DNA of 64,000 nucleotides from Callorhinchus milii (lineage: Eukaryota): the NCBI RefSeq assembly GCF_018977255.1, contig NW_024704742.1, positions 136,216,001 to 136,280,000 of the forward strand, in the 5' to 3' direction. Both the position numbers and the translations under genes were made by a program. The notes beneath the pieces were generated by a model. That model ran no database searches. It was given only the letters and a program-made list of their open reading frames with translations, and was not told where the DNA came from. Positions 37,243 through 51,217 of this stretch are shown one piece after another (within the stretch, counting starts at the first letter, position 1; every line of letters starts with the position of its first letter).

Positions 37243-39060
37243 CTTCATTGAAAAAAGAAAAATCAAATATTAAAATCAATTTTCTTCATCCAAATATTGT
37301 AATGTCAAATGCTGCTGTTAAAGCTCCACTTTTTAGGAACAAGTATTAAGTGAGTAACTGAATTTGACTTACATTTGATAAATATTAGCAGCAACAATCA
37401 CAGAGATTAATAGTAATATCACAATTACTTACAATTTTACTCCTAAAAGGTTTCTGTCAAACTACAGACAGACTGGAAGTAAAGAGCAGAATAGCACACA
37501 AATACCACATTAATACAAAATAATTTTCAGAGCTTGGGCGAAACTCACAAATATTTTGTAAGCAAAAGCCCTACAACTACTGTATTTATTGTGAAAATAA
37601 TAATGGGAATAATAATACTTGAATTTGCTATCGTACCTTGTTGAGAGGTCTCAAAAATTAAAAATCAGTTAAAACCAGACTTTTGTGTTCCTTACACACG
37701 AAACACCAAAGCAGCTTACGATATAACAATCTTGTTAATATGCCTGTTGTACTGTCAGGGACCAGAAAGCAATTAAACTGCAATTAGCAGGCTACTTATT
37801 CATCAGAGAAGTCAATTAACGTGACATAAATTTGAATACTGGTTACATGAAAACGAGAGTACAAGTCACAGTTTCTTATTACATACAACCCAGCTATGCT
37901 AATATTCTGCTTTTATTAATGCACTACATTCTGTGGATCTAATCAGCGTTAACTCACTTGTATATGATTCTGAATCTGCTTCAAAGATTTACAATTCTGT
38001 GAATGAGCTCTATAACCCAATAAGGAAGAACAGAAAATTGTTCAAAATCCAATATCAAGATTATTACATTGGCCATTCTATTGAACAAATCCATTCCATC
38101 ATTACGAGTTTGCTGTTACAATTTAAAAGGTTCATTTGTGCTACATGTCACAGTAATTTATTGACCTCATCTTTTTTAAATTTCTGGATTCAGATTAATA
38201 ATTAAAAATGTCTAAAATAGAGAGGAAAGTGATCTGAATCCATCTTGTTTGGCAGGCGTCAAACATGGCTGTCTTTGCTAGTTATTGGGCACAATTAAAT
38301 TCATTCAGCGAGAGGCATTTCAATTCATTAATACACTCTTAATGAATAATTAGTTTGATATATTTTATAAATGTAAATAATGTACCATGTAAAGATAGTG
38401 TAGATGCATTCAAAAGGAAGCTAGACCTTAACATAAATGAAGGCTCGTGTAGAGTATAAACACTGACTGGTTGGGCCGATTAACCCGTTTCCAAGCTATA
38501 CATTCTTTGTAAATCTTAGTAAATGTTTATTCCAGTGACTTAACCTGTTCAATTCCCATTGCAAATGTAAAGCTAGTGAAGGAGCACCATTGTGCCCAGC
38601 TTTTGTTTTAGAAAGGAGAGAAATCAGCCAGTTCTAGCAACTGATCACTTGCAACTGACCCACCTCTTCCCACTGAATAGCTCCCTGCTCTTTCCTCATA
38701 ATCCTTTGTGTTGTGCTTCTTCCAATACACAAACAAATTAGTTTATAGACTTTGTGAGACTGATTTGGAAATCCAGACGATATTCCCGAGAAAGAACATC
38801 TAACACTCCTCTCCTCTAAAAATAAATGCACATTTTCAATCATTTATAACTCATGATATTTTGTCACATGAAAATGAACAAAAACCAATGTGATAATGTG
38901 ATAAAAAGTAGTAGTTTGTTCATAGGGACTCACAAAGTTTGTTCCAGCAATGGGGAACCACCACTATGTAGCAAAACACCACAGCCAACTCTGATGCTGA
39001 CCTACACCTGGATAGGATATCCCAGTGTTAAACTTGCCACGTTTTCAATCCCAATATCTA

Positions 39061-39414
<354 letters not shown>

Positions 39415-39677
39415 TTAATGTAGTTATTAATACTGGGGGCCCGGTTAGTTTTGATGAACAAAGCGGTTATGTAGTTAGACTCATTTACAACAAAGCCTTG
39501 AAAGAACGAACTGACATTTTTACGGCGTCACATCACGTTCAAAAGTCTCACAAAGAGATTTAAATGCCAAGGTCAAGTTTCGTTCACCACTTGGATAGTT
39601 TTAACATGGGTGTCCGATGTTAGGAGGATTGATTAAATATATCTAATTTGCATTAATGCCAAACATCTACAGATTAT

Positions 39678-39895
39678 GTCGCTGGGAACACTCAGCAGGT
39701 CAGACAGCATCTATGGAGAAAGGAAAGCAAGTCAATGCTTTGGATCCATGACCCTTCGTCAGAACACGAAAGGGTCGTGGACCCAAAACGTTGACCGACT
39801 TTCCTCTCTCCGTAGATGCTGCCTGACCTGCTGAGTGTTCCCAGCGACTTCTGTTTTTATTTCAGATTTCCAGCATTTGCAGTATTTTGTATTTT
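39678..39895. mobile_element. Palindromic Penelope-like terminal element (~82-bp inverted arms)
   Basis: 39678-39759 is the near-perfect reverse complement of 39766-39848; contains CTGACGA..stem..(G)AAA-like motifs. Confidence 0.7.
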
Positions 39896-40145
39896 GTATC
39901 AATTTGTCACTGTTCAGCAAAGAAAAAATTACTGTCAGATTGATTACCCATCATCGTAGGCAAACAGCAGCCATTTTATTTGCAGTAAATCTCAGAAAAG
40001 AGCGAGGAGATGAATGACCTTCTGTATGAAATATTTTGCAATCAAAATACCATCTGAACCTTGGACTTTAGCTTAAAGTCTCATATGCAGGATAGTGAGA
40101 CATTAATACAAATGTAATCTTTTTGTGGACATCTGTCACACTGGT

Positions 40146-41875
40146 ACAACAATAAAATTACATTTGTAAAGCGCTTTTCATGTCGGGAGGACGTCTCAGG
40201 GCGCTGAACAGACAGAATTACGGACCCGAGCTGGGGGTCAGGGTGGGGGAGGGTGGAGGGCAGGGGAGGAAACAGCGAGATCGAAAGCACGGTCGAAGTG
40301 AAGGGTCTTGAAGGTGGCGAGGGAGGGGGCGAGATGGAGGACTGTGGGATGGCGTTCAAGAGGGCGGGTGCAGAGTGGCAGAAGGCCTGCCCGCCAATAG
40401 TGGAGCAAGCCAGGCGGGGGACATGAAGCAGGCCAGAGCCCACTGAGCAGAGGGAGCGAACGGAGTGGTAGGGGGTTAGGAGTTCGGACAGGTAGGGGGG
40501 AGCAAGTCTGTAGAGGGCTTTGAAGGTGAGGACCAGGATCTTGGAACTGTATCCTCTGTGTAATGGGAAGCCAGTGGATTTGGGCAAGGATGGGGGTGAT
40601 AGGGTCCCGCAGATGTGGGGTAGAAAGAATAGTTGAGGGTCAAACAAGACCCCAAGGTTCCGGACTGGCTTAGCAAGGTGGGGTGTGCAACCATGGATGG
40701 TGATACTCTCAGCGTCTGAGGTGAGGAGGCACTGACGGGAACCAATAGGAGAGCCTCGGTCTTGTTGACGTTCAACTGAAGAAAATTAGCTCTCATCCAG
40801 GACTTGATGCCTGACAGACATTCTGTCAGCACAGCAGTGGTCCTGGAGTTAAGGGTGGAGGCAGAGAGGTACAGTTGGGTGTCATCCGCATACATGTGGA
40901 GTTGACCCCATGTCTATGGATGATGTCACCAAGAGGGAGCATACAGATACTGAAGAGGAGGGGACCAAGGACAGAGCCCTGTGGAACGCCGTACGAGACG
41001 GTCCGGGGGTTAAAGGAGAAGCCGTTTGAGGAGATGAAGTGCAGGTGGTGTGAGAGGTACCAATCAAGGCAAGGACAGCGCTATGGAGGTTGAGGTGAGA
41101 GGAAGTGGATGAGGATAGAGTGGTCAACGGTGTCGAAAGCAGCAGAGAGGTCAAGGAGGACGAGGAGGCAGAGGGAGCCCTGGTCGCAGATGGACAGAAT
41201 GTCATTTGTCACTTTAACCAGAGCGGTTGCTGTGCTGTGGGCGGCACGGAAACCCGATTGGAGGGGTTCGAGAAAGGAGCGGCGGGAGAGGAAGGAGCAA
41301 AGCTGAGAAGCGACAACTGGTTCCATGACCTTGGAGAGGAAAGGGAGGTTGGAGATGGGGCAGTAGCTAGGGAGTAAAGAATGGTCCAGGGAGGTTTTTT
41401 AAGGATTGGAGTGATGACAGCGGTTTTTAATGGGGTGGGAAAAGTACCAAAGGACAGGGAGAGGTCGACGATATCAGTGAGTAGAGGCTCAAGGAGGTGG
41501 AGCTGGGAGGTGAGGAGAGGGGTCGGGATGGGGTCGAGGGAGCAGGTGATGGGTTTCATACGGGTTATGGCGGTGATGAGAGAGGAGGGAGACAGGTTCA
41601 AAGATGCGGAGGGAGGCATGGGTGGTGGTCGGGGTGGGAGGAGGAGATGGGGACGGGATAGCAGATGCAGTGGCAGAGGCAGCTGAGCGAATTCCCTCAA
41701 CTTTGGATTCAAGGAAGTCCAGCATCGCCTCGCAGTTGTCATTTGAGGTGAGGATGAGTAAGGCGTGAGAGGGTGGGTGGAGGAGCCGGTTCATTATAAT
41801 AATAATAATCCTTGCATTTTCGTTATGGAGAAGAGGAGCCTGGGGTTGTCCTTAGACTCCAAAATTGTCTCGGGT
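40146..41875 (-). mobile_element. L2 LINE, long fragment with degenerate RT domain
   Basis: [38 protein letters not shown] and [11 protein letters not shown] motifs; 3' tail at ~40150. Confidence 0.92.
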
Positions 41876-44800
41876 GTAGAAGGAGTAGAAGATACAGACT
41901 GCTTTGAGATGTTTGGAGGATGCATTAAAGGGAGATGGTGTAGGCAGCATCGAGAGCTAAGCAGATATGTATTCTAATGGTAAATTGGGTTGGTAGAGTA
42001 TGTGAGATGGCGAGTGAAGACTTTTGAAAATAAACAAACAAGAATCAGACATTGAACCAAGGTACGGTCGACTTTTGTCACCAACAAAAACAACAGTCAT
42101 TCTCATTTACAATATATCCTGTGAAGTACTTTGGGACACCTTACTGACATGAACGATGCCATAACAAAGATAAAGATTAATAATATTATATTAAAAATCC
42201 TATGGTACTAAGAAAAGAGAAGGTAGTTTCTCCCAATGTCCTGATCAGCAAGGGTACAGTCAATTGCGCACAGCAGTTTCCCACAAATAGTTGAGGATTC
42301 AGTGACCAATTTTTTATTATTAGATATAATTTGTATTATATATTATTAGACATACCAAATGCAAAGATTAATACCACAAATGGATTCCAAATTTTCAACA
42401 ACAACTTGCATTTATATAGCTTCCCTCACGCAGGGCAGGGTACCACTGCACTCCCCTGACACTAAAAGACAAATCAATATTTTTGTGTAAAATTATTGTA
42501 AAAAATGCTGGTGAAGCTAAATACTGAGTTAGACAATCAACATATTGTCAGGCCTGATATCATGAACCCAAAACTGTAAGGCACTTGATTCTCAACCACT
42601 ATTCATCTTCAAATAGAATCAAAAAGGCACCACATCAAAGAGACTTGCACTGATGAAGAAATATGCTTTCAATAAAACTACAAATTAAAAACAGATACAG
42701 AACTTTTAACTGAATGTAAGGCATTAATTCAGTCTTGGCTTCTGAAGCCCAAATTCCTCACAATCTTAGCATTTCAAATGATAACATATTTTATCTTCTT
42801 CTACAGCTGACAATTGACCCTTTTAAAAAAAATTGGGTCATTCAATCCAGGACTGTTTGTGGGACACCGCTGTGCGCAATTGGCTGCAGCATTTTGCCAA
42901 CAAATACACAGACAATCCACTTTACAGTAAATTCTGTGAAGCGCTTTGAGACGGCTCAACAATGTGATAGGGCACTACATCAAACGCAGGGATTATTATT
43001 ATTATATTGTCATTCAGAATTCTATGTTCCTTTATTCAATTTGGAGAATACAGCACTGATTCAGAAGATAGGGAAGAAACTGTAAGTGTTAGGGCAGTCC
43101 CTGGAGTGGAGGAAAATTTGATTCAGCTGCTCAAGATTATGAAGGGAATCAACAAAATAATGAAAATAATAAGAGGGGTCTCCTTAGAGCTCAATTGACT
43201 CCAAGGTGGTAAGGGAATGTCAGATTCGAGCCAACCTTCTGGTGTGGTCTCGGTGGTCCAGTTTCTAAGTCAGATGAGTCAGAGTACTCGAGGGCACTGC
43301 AAATGGCAGTCCTGACTAATCGGTAGGACTTGAAAGGGCAGATCAGTCCCTGGAGGTGGGAAATCCTTCCACTAAGCTTCCATTAACCTTGCAAGCCCAA
43401 GACCTAATGGGTAGGGTAGTCATAGCTGGACAAGCATTGGGAAAGCTTGCCAGACAGTGCTCTCAATAGCATGCTATGTAGTTTTGGCTGATTCGACTCC
43501 AGCAACACACTCTGGGGTCACCAAGCCTTGGCTCTCTCCAACCTGCACTTAATACTTTCCGGAATTAAGTAAGCAGGAAGTATCCCTCCAGCGAGAGAGT
43601 GTGGGAGAGTCCATTCCAACAATCTATCTCTGGGATTTCCATGTGTAGGCAGGATGCATCCAATTCTCAGTTTGGATTGCATACTCTTATGAAAGGTGAT
43701 GAGTTTCCACATGTGTCAGAGACCTTACCCTCCCCCAAAAATTAACTTGATAAGATGTGGGAAAATGGGAGACGATAATGAGTAGCGCCACCAAATTATT
43801 TGTGGTGGTACTGGTTCGGTGGAGCAAATCGACTTTCTCCAATTTCTTAAATTATTATGGAAACAACAACTTACTATTTATATTAAACCTTCTTGAAGGG
43901 TGCTATATAAATACATAGCACCCGTCAAGCAGATTCAAGATTCAAATAAACATTTATAATAATGAATAAACATGTGTGAGCTGTTGATTAAAACATGTTT
44001 TTCTATCCTGATCTCTCAATATATTTTTTCACCACCCTCTTTCTAACCTACTTTAGCAAATTCCTGAACTTCTCCCAGTCCTTCCTTCCAGTTTTTTATC
44101 CAAATTCTTAAATTCCTACTTTTTCCTCCTTTTCATAAATTTGGGGGTCTGCAAATTCTCCTCATATTGGACATTTTTGAAAACACATGGATCTGACTGC
44201 CTATTTCTTGCATTACTACTCGATTGAATTAAAAATGCCAAGAAGCACATTTGAAAAAGTAATATAAAGAGTAATAAATTAATAAAACCTCAAACCTGTG
44301 TATGTCGGATGTCAAATGACCAACGAGTGGTGATTTTCCTGGTCTGGGAGGGTGGGAGTCCTATTTGCTCCAAAGTGACATGCTCGACAACAGAATGTTG
44401 ATGAATGTCAACACTGTGTGACAGTCTCTATGAGTACTACAGGGTACTCCTTGTGACAGACCAGCCAGTCTGATTGTCGGCAGGAGTTTAAGTGGCAAAC
44501 TAGTCACTGGGGACCTCTCCTGTTAGCTCTGCAACCCAAAGCCCTAAGTATAGTCCAAACTGGCTAAGCATCAGGGAGCTTGTCCAGACAGTGACACGCT
44601 ATACGGTTAACAGAAGTACCGCAACTCACACTTCTGATAACTTGGTGGTCTCCAACTTGTGCCTAATACCTTAAAGAATTAGGTAAGCAGGTGGTATCAC
44701 TCCAGCGAGAGAGAGAGAGCGCACACAGGGAAACTTCCATTCAGTCTGTTTGGATACTCTTAAGCACGGCGGCTGATACGAGGCTGAACAAAGGAAATAA

Positions 44801-45297
44801 CAGATTTGTTCATATACACATGGAGTTTCCTGAGCAGTTCACGTACAAAACATGAACTCGTACTTTTATAGCCCCTTTTAATGTCAAAATGTCTCAAAGT
44901 ACTTCATAGTAATTAATGTCTGTTTATGGAAGTGACTCAATAGTATAAGCACAGCAAGAACGCACAAAAAAGGTACAAGGAGCATGATCTATTTATCAGG
45001 ATTGCTGGCCAGAAAACGAGGAGAAACTCACTTCTCTTCCAAAATTGTCATGGGATTTTTAAACATTCATCTGACAAGCACACAGATGGGGACCTTAGTT
45101 TAACATCTCACCTGAAAGATGACACCTCAAATGATGCAGTGCTCCCAAGTTGTCAGCCAAGACTGTCAGCTCAAGCCCCAACACGGTCAAGAATGCACAT
45201 CTATCAAATCACTAGGAATGTTAGCTGTTGAGATAACCCCACTGTTGGGGTTATCAGATGGCTGAACTATTTAATCTGTCAACAAATTATTTTCTCA

Positions 45298-45630
<333 letters not shown>

Positions 45631-46149
45631 TCAGCAATAAATGTGCCAAAGCTCAATGCTTCGGGTTCCAGTCTCAGGCAGATCCACAGCACAAGCAGAC
45701 GATCCAGCTAGGGTGCAGTATTCCTCGAAGCGACCTTTATAAGCAAACAGGAGACAGAAAATATAAATTGCAACCATTAAACTCATTCAAACATCCTTCA
45801 GAATCATATAAATTCTACTATTTATTTACAATGAGTCACAGGAACCCTTCATAATCTCTCTCTCTCTTTTATAGAAGCATGAAGTTACAGAACAGAAAGT
45901 TAACAGTTTTTGTGCAAATATTTTCTCTTAACTTCCAAGTTAGTTCTTGTTAATTTAATTTCTAAGGGCCATCTTTCTATAAAGCACTCTTTGTAAAGAA
46001 ACATTTCCCGTTGTCCGTCCTAAATCCACAATCCTGAATATGTAGCCACTTGTTCACCTTATATCTTATTTGAAAATACTGTTCAGGGTTTACTCTTATG
46101 TGTACTATACTCCAAGTAAGTCCTGACAAGAGTTTCAGCAGGTCATGTG

Positions 46150-46400
46150 TGGAGTGCCCCCACACTCTGGAACTCCATCCCATGGACCCTTCGCCTCGCT
46201 TCCTCCCTTGCCTCCTTCAAGGCCGGTCTCAAGACCCTTCTCTTCGATCGTGCTTTCGGTCGCTCTCCTATCTCTCTGCCTTCCCTCACCCCTACACCAT
46301 CCCTCCCCCATGTTCGGGCCCCGACACCTGACTGTTCAGCGCTTTGGGATGTCCTCCCGACGTAAAAGGCGCTCTATAAATGTAATTTTGTTGTTGTTGT
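46150..46400 (+). mobile_element. L2 LINE 3' end
   Basis: [27 protein letters not shown] plus tail GTAAAAGGCGCTCTATAAATGTAAT(TTG)n. Confidence 0.85.
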
Positions 46401-49162
46401 CACCAGTGCGGGGCATTTGATCACAACTGATTTGACAATGTAGACCTACATTCTTGCCACATTTAATCTCATATCATTTAGATATGATTAGCAACAAGTC
46501 ACCTAACACCTCTAATAAGCTTTTCTCAACCCGCTCCCTCGCAAGTTCTATCTTCGGTTTATTTCCAACCTTGTATTTTTCGGTACTGAACATCATCTGT
46601 CAGTGATCAGCCCAAGTGCATACCCTGTCGATCTCTCCTTATAATATCTTAGTTGGCTCCTCAGTGTCTAGTTCCCCCTCTCCCAGCATGACATAAGCTA
46701 TGAATTTAACTACCTTCAAGCAAATCTGCAAAACTAGGTCTATGTATAGCAGGAACCAGAGGGGCCCCAACATGAACCCCAGAGGCAGTCTATTCAAAAC
46801 CTCCACCACATTTCAACATAGCTCACTTTACGACTATTCTGTTTCCTTTCCTTAAGACAGTTGTTATTCCCATGTCCAGATCTCAGCCTGGAGCCTAAAT
46901 GACAGTTTTTAAAGGAATCTCCTTTTTTTTTTGTTGCTTTTTTCTTAATTTATTTTCAACACACAAAAGGGCTGGTAGGACATGGAATGCTGTACAAAAA
47001 CAGTTGTCAATCAGAATCGAAAAGGAATTTATACTTTTGAAGAAAGTGGAAATTTCCCCATCACAGGAATGAAATGCGCACTCTCCCTGGAGGGACACAT
47101 TATGGGTACCAAATAGTTGGTATTAGACTTAGATGCATACCCTTAGAGTGTATACTGAAATACTGCCGGAGTTCAACCCGCAAAAACTGCATAACTTGCT
47201 GTACTGAGCTGTCTGGCAAGCTTCCAGCTGATTGTCAAGCTACGACCACCTTAAAATGTTAACTTCAGTGGAAGTATTACTTTTTAGAAGGATTGTCGAT
47301 GCATTTTTAACCATACTTGGGATAGGGGGAGAATAGGTTTTCTGGAAGGCCGAGGTTCATGCAGGTTAAAGGAACTTCAGAACCCTTGTGAGATTATTAT
47401 TAATAATATTTATAATATTTAATAATCATAATAATCATTTAATATAAATGCAAGGGTTTATAAGTAGTATAAGTAGTACACAAGTAAGAATCCAGACTGA
47501 CAACCGGGTTCCTACTTACTGCGTGTGGAATAAGGAAACTTGCCTCATGTTTCGCACTGCCCGGGAATCAAACCCAGGTGATATCTCCAAGTCTGCACTA
47601 AGGCCCAACTACTGAGCATTAAATAGACTTAGCAAATGCAAAAAATGCAACATTCCTAAGGTGGTTTAAGTTTGGCTGATAACTATTAAATGCATGTGTC
47701 CCAGCTTGAAAATCTCTCCACCAGAGATGGAGAAGGAAAAGTATCTGTGCGTGATTATTGATTGAAGGTTTCCAGTCAATGAGGAGGTGCTGTCAAACAA
47801 ACTAGATCAAATGCTGGGCTGCATCTTAAGGAACTGGCTGAAAGTTGAAAGAGATTATTCTAACTTTGCAGAGATCAGTGGCGAGGTCACATAGTGCCAT
47901 GTTTGAGTACTAAATCTTCAAAAGGACAAGCAGTGGTTGGAGTTCAGAGAAGAGTATCAAGGATGATTATGGCAAGCTGAGTTATCATTGGAAAAGGGTA
48001 CTGAGGTGGAAAGAATCTATGTTTTTCAACCTACAAAGAGGCAGGATATTGAATTAGACAATGAGATCAGACCAGAGTGCACAATTGGGATTAAATTAAG
48101 AGACTCAATTGGGAATAAATAGAAACATCTTCTTCACTTGAACAGATTCCCAATGCTAGCAATTGATGCATTAACTCCTTCAAAAATCTGAATAAATAGT
48201 TGCTTTGAACATTGTAGGAATAGATGTAGACTGAGATTGACAAATACAGATTAGATCACCATGTGATTGACACAATGTGTTGTTGGGGTCAGGAAAATGT
48301 GGGCTGATGGGATGTTTGTGGAGATGAAGAAACTTGGCCTGAATATAAAGCTTTTGCTTTAGTAACGGGAAACTTTCAAATGAAGCTCGGAATTCTTTTT
48401 AAAAAGTAGGGTATTACAGTTCATAATAAGAGCAAGTGTGGTCTGTTGAACAAACAAGTTTGGTGAGATAAAAGGCCTTTTCTGATTTCTTACTTCCTCA
48501 AGCACAATAAAGATTACCAAGCAACATAATTCCCCACAGACTTTCTTGCTCTTCCAACGTCCTTGGGGTAAAGGCACCACCAGCTGAGCACTTGGCCAGG
48601 AACGGGAGAAAATTGCAGGTTCAAACCTCTAGAGGTACTTGATCTTAAAGGGGCATCAAATGAGGCACATTTGGCATCTTGGCCTGATGCTCAAGTGAGA
48701 GGCAACAGCGAGTTCACACATGGACTATAGTGGAGATAAGATTTTGCAAATTGCCTGCAAACACTCTGCCAAATTTCACGGATGAATAATTGTGACTTAG
48801 GGAGATCACATCAGTGCAACCTTCCTCCACTAGAAGGAAAAAGATGTCTTCCAATAAAGGGAAGTTAATTTTGGAAGAAAAAAAAATCATGCTGGCAGCT
48901 AACTGACGACTCAGATCCCAAATGGCAAGCTCTGAAGAACTAACTTTCTAATTTAAACATGTTTTAAAATATTTTGAAAAACGTATCCAAAGAAAATGCA
49001 TTGCATTGAAAGTAGACTCTCTCTTAATTATGGCTCAACTTTAAATGAACCTCCTGTTATTTAAAAGACTCCCAATCGTCAAAGTCCACTCTTTCATTCT
49101 ATTTCTCAGTCAGAGGGATGGCCAGTTGATGGCTACAAACCGAATGCTACCTCGAAGAGTCC

Positions 49163-51217
49163 CCAACAACAACAAAATGACATTTGTAAAGCGCCTTTCA
49201 CGTCGGGAGGAGGTTCCAAGGTGCTGGACAGACAGAGTTACGGACCTGAGCTGGGGGAGGATGGAGGGCAGGGGGGGAAGCAGGAGTCGATGAGGAGGGT
49301 CTTGAAGGTGGCGAGGGGCAGAGGGATTACAGGATGGAGTTCCAAAGGTAGGAACAAAGTGTCAGAAAGCCCACCCGCCGATTGTGGGGCGAGCAAGACA
49401 GGGGACATAAAGCAAGCCGGAGCCCGCTGAGCGGAGGAAGAGAACAGGGTTAGGAGGTCGGAGAGGTAGGGGGGAGCAAGACCATGGAGGACTTTGAAGG
49501 CGAGGACCAGGATCTGGAACTGTATCCTCTGTGTGATGGGAAGCCAGTAGAGTTGGACAAGGATGGGGGTGATAGGGTTGTGCTGCCTGGTGCAGGAGAG
49601 GACACAGGCTGCAGAGTTCTGGATGATCTGCAGCCTGTGGAGGGAGGAGTTGTGGAGGCCGACAAGCAGTGAGTTTGCATAGTCGAGCATCAATGTAATG
49701 AAAGCTTGTATGAGGGTTTCAGCGTCCTGCGGTGTGAGACAGTGTCAGAGCCGGGCAACATTGTGGAGCTGGGGAAAGTCAGAGCGGGTTATGGCACAGA
49801 TGTGGGGTAGAAAGGATAGTTGAGGGTCAAACAAGACCGCAAGGCTCTGGCTTAGCAAGATGGATGGTGATGCTGTCAGCGCCTGAGGTGAGGAGGCGCT
49901 GACAGGAGCCAATCAGGAGAGCCTCGGTCTTGTTGACGTTCAACTGAAGGAAATTAGCTCTCATCCAGGACTTGATGTCTGACAGATATTCTGTCAGCAC
50001 AGCAGTGGTGCTGGAGTCAAGGGTGGAGGCAGAGAGGTAGAGTTGGGTATCATCCACATACCATAATAATAATAGTTGACCCCATGCCTGCAGATGATGC
50101 ACCAAGAGGGAGCATATAGGTACTGAAGAGGAGGGGACCAAGGACAGAGCCCTGAGGAACGCCGCACAAGACGGTCCAGGGGCTAGAGGAGAAGCCGTTT
50201 TGAGGAGATGAAGTGCAGGCGCCGTGAGAGGTATGATCTGAACCAATCAAGGATAACGCGATGGAGGTTGAGGCGAGGGGAGATGCGGTGGATGAGGATA
50301 GAGTGGTCGACAGTGTCGAAAGCAGCAGAGAGGTCAAGGAGAATGCATAGGCGGAGGGAGCCCTGGTCACAGATGGACAGAATGTCATTTGTCATCTGAA
50401 CTCTGGGCGTCCTCCCGTAATGACCTATCCTCCTCGGTCGCCCTTCTCCAGGACTCCCTCTCCTCCACTCTCAATTCCCTTGCTCCCCTCTCTTCCCCAA
50501 CTGTCTCCTCCTCACGCAAATCACCTTGATAAACCAGCCAGCTCCATTCCCTTAAAGCTCAGGCGGGTTCTGCTGAGCGCACCTGGCTTAAATCAAACCT
50601 AACTGTCCATCAGCAGATTTGGCTGGACCATGTCAAATCCTACAGCTCCGCCCTCGCCTCTGCTAAATCGTCATTTTTCCAAGACAAACTTGGAGGCCAA
50701 GGACAACCCAAGGCTCCCTCTCCATCACGAACCGACCATCCTCTCACACCTCACCCACCCTCACCTCAAATGCCAACTGCAAGGCGACGCTGGACTTCCT
50801 CAAATTCAAAGTCAAGGGAATCCGCTCAGCTGCCTCTGTACCTGCTATCCCCTCCCCATCGCCTCCTCCCACCCCGGCCCCTACCTATCCCTCCCTCCAC
50901 ACCTTTGAACCTGTCTCCCCCTCCTCTCTCATCACCACCATCAGCCGTATGAAACCCACCACCTGCTCCCTCGACCCCATCCCTACCCTCTCCTTACCTC
51001 CCAGCTCCACCTCCCTGCTCGTCTACTCACTGACATCGTAAACCTCTCCCTGTCCACTGATACTGTTTAAAAACTGTTGTCATCACTCCTATCCTTAAAA
51101 TACCCTTCCTGGATCCTTCTCTACTCCCTAAATACCATCCCATCTCCAACCTCCTCTTCCTCTTCAAGAACCTGGAACAAATTGTTGCTTCTCAGCTTCG
51201 CTCCTTCCTCTCCTGCC
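49163..51217. mobile_element. L2 LINE with inverted 5' part (49163-50393 on -, 50395-51217 on +)
   Basis: - segment runs from [10 protein letters not shown] through YVDDTQL to the tail; + segment encodes the ORF2 region immediately upstream of it. Confidence 0.85.
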
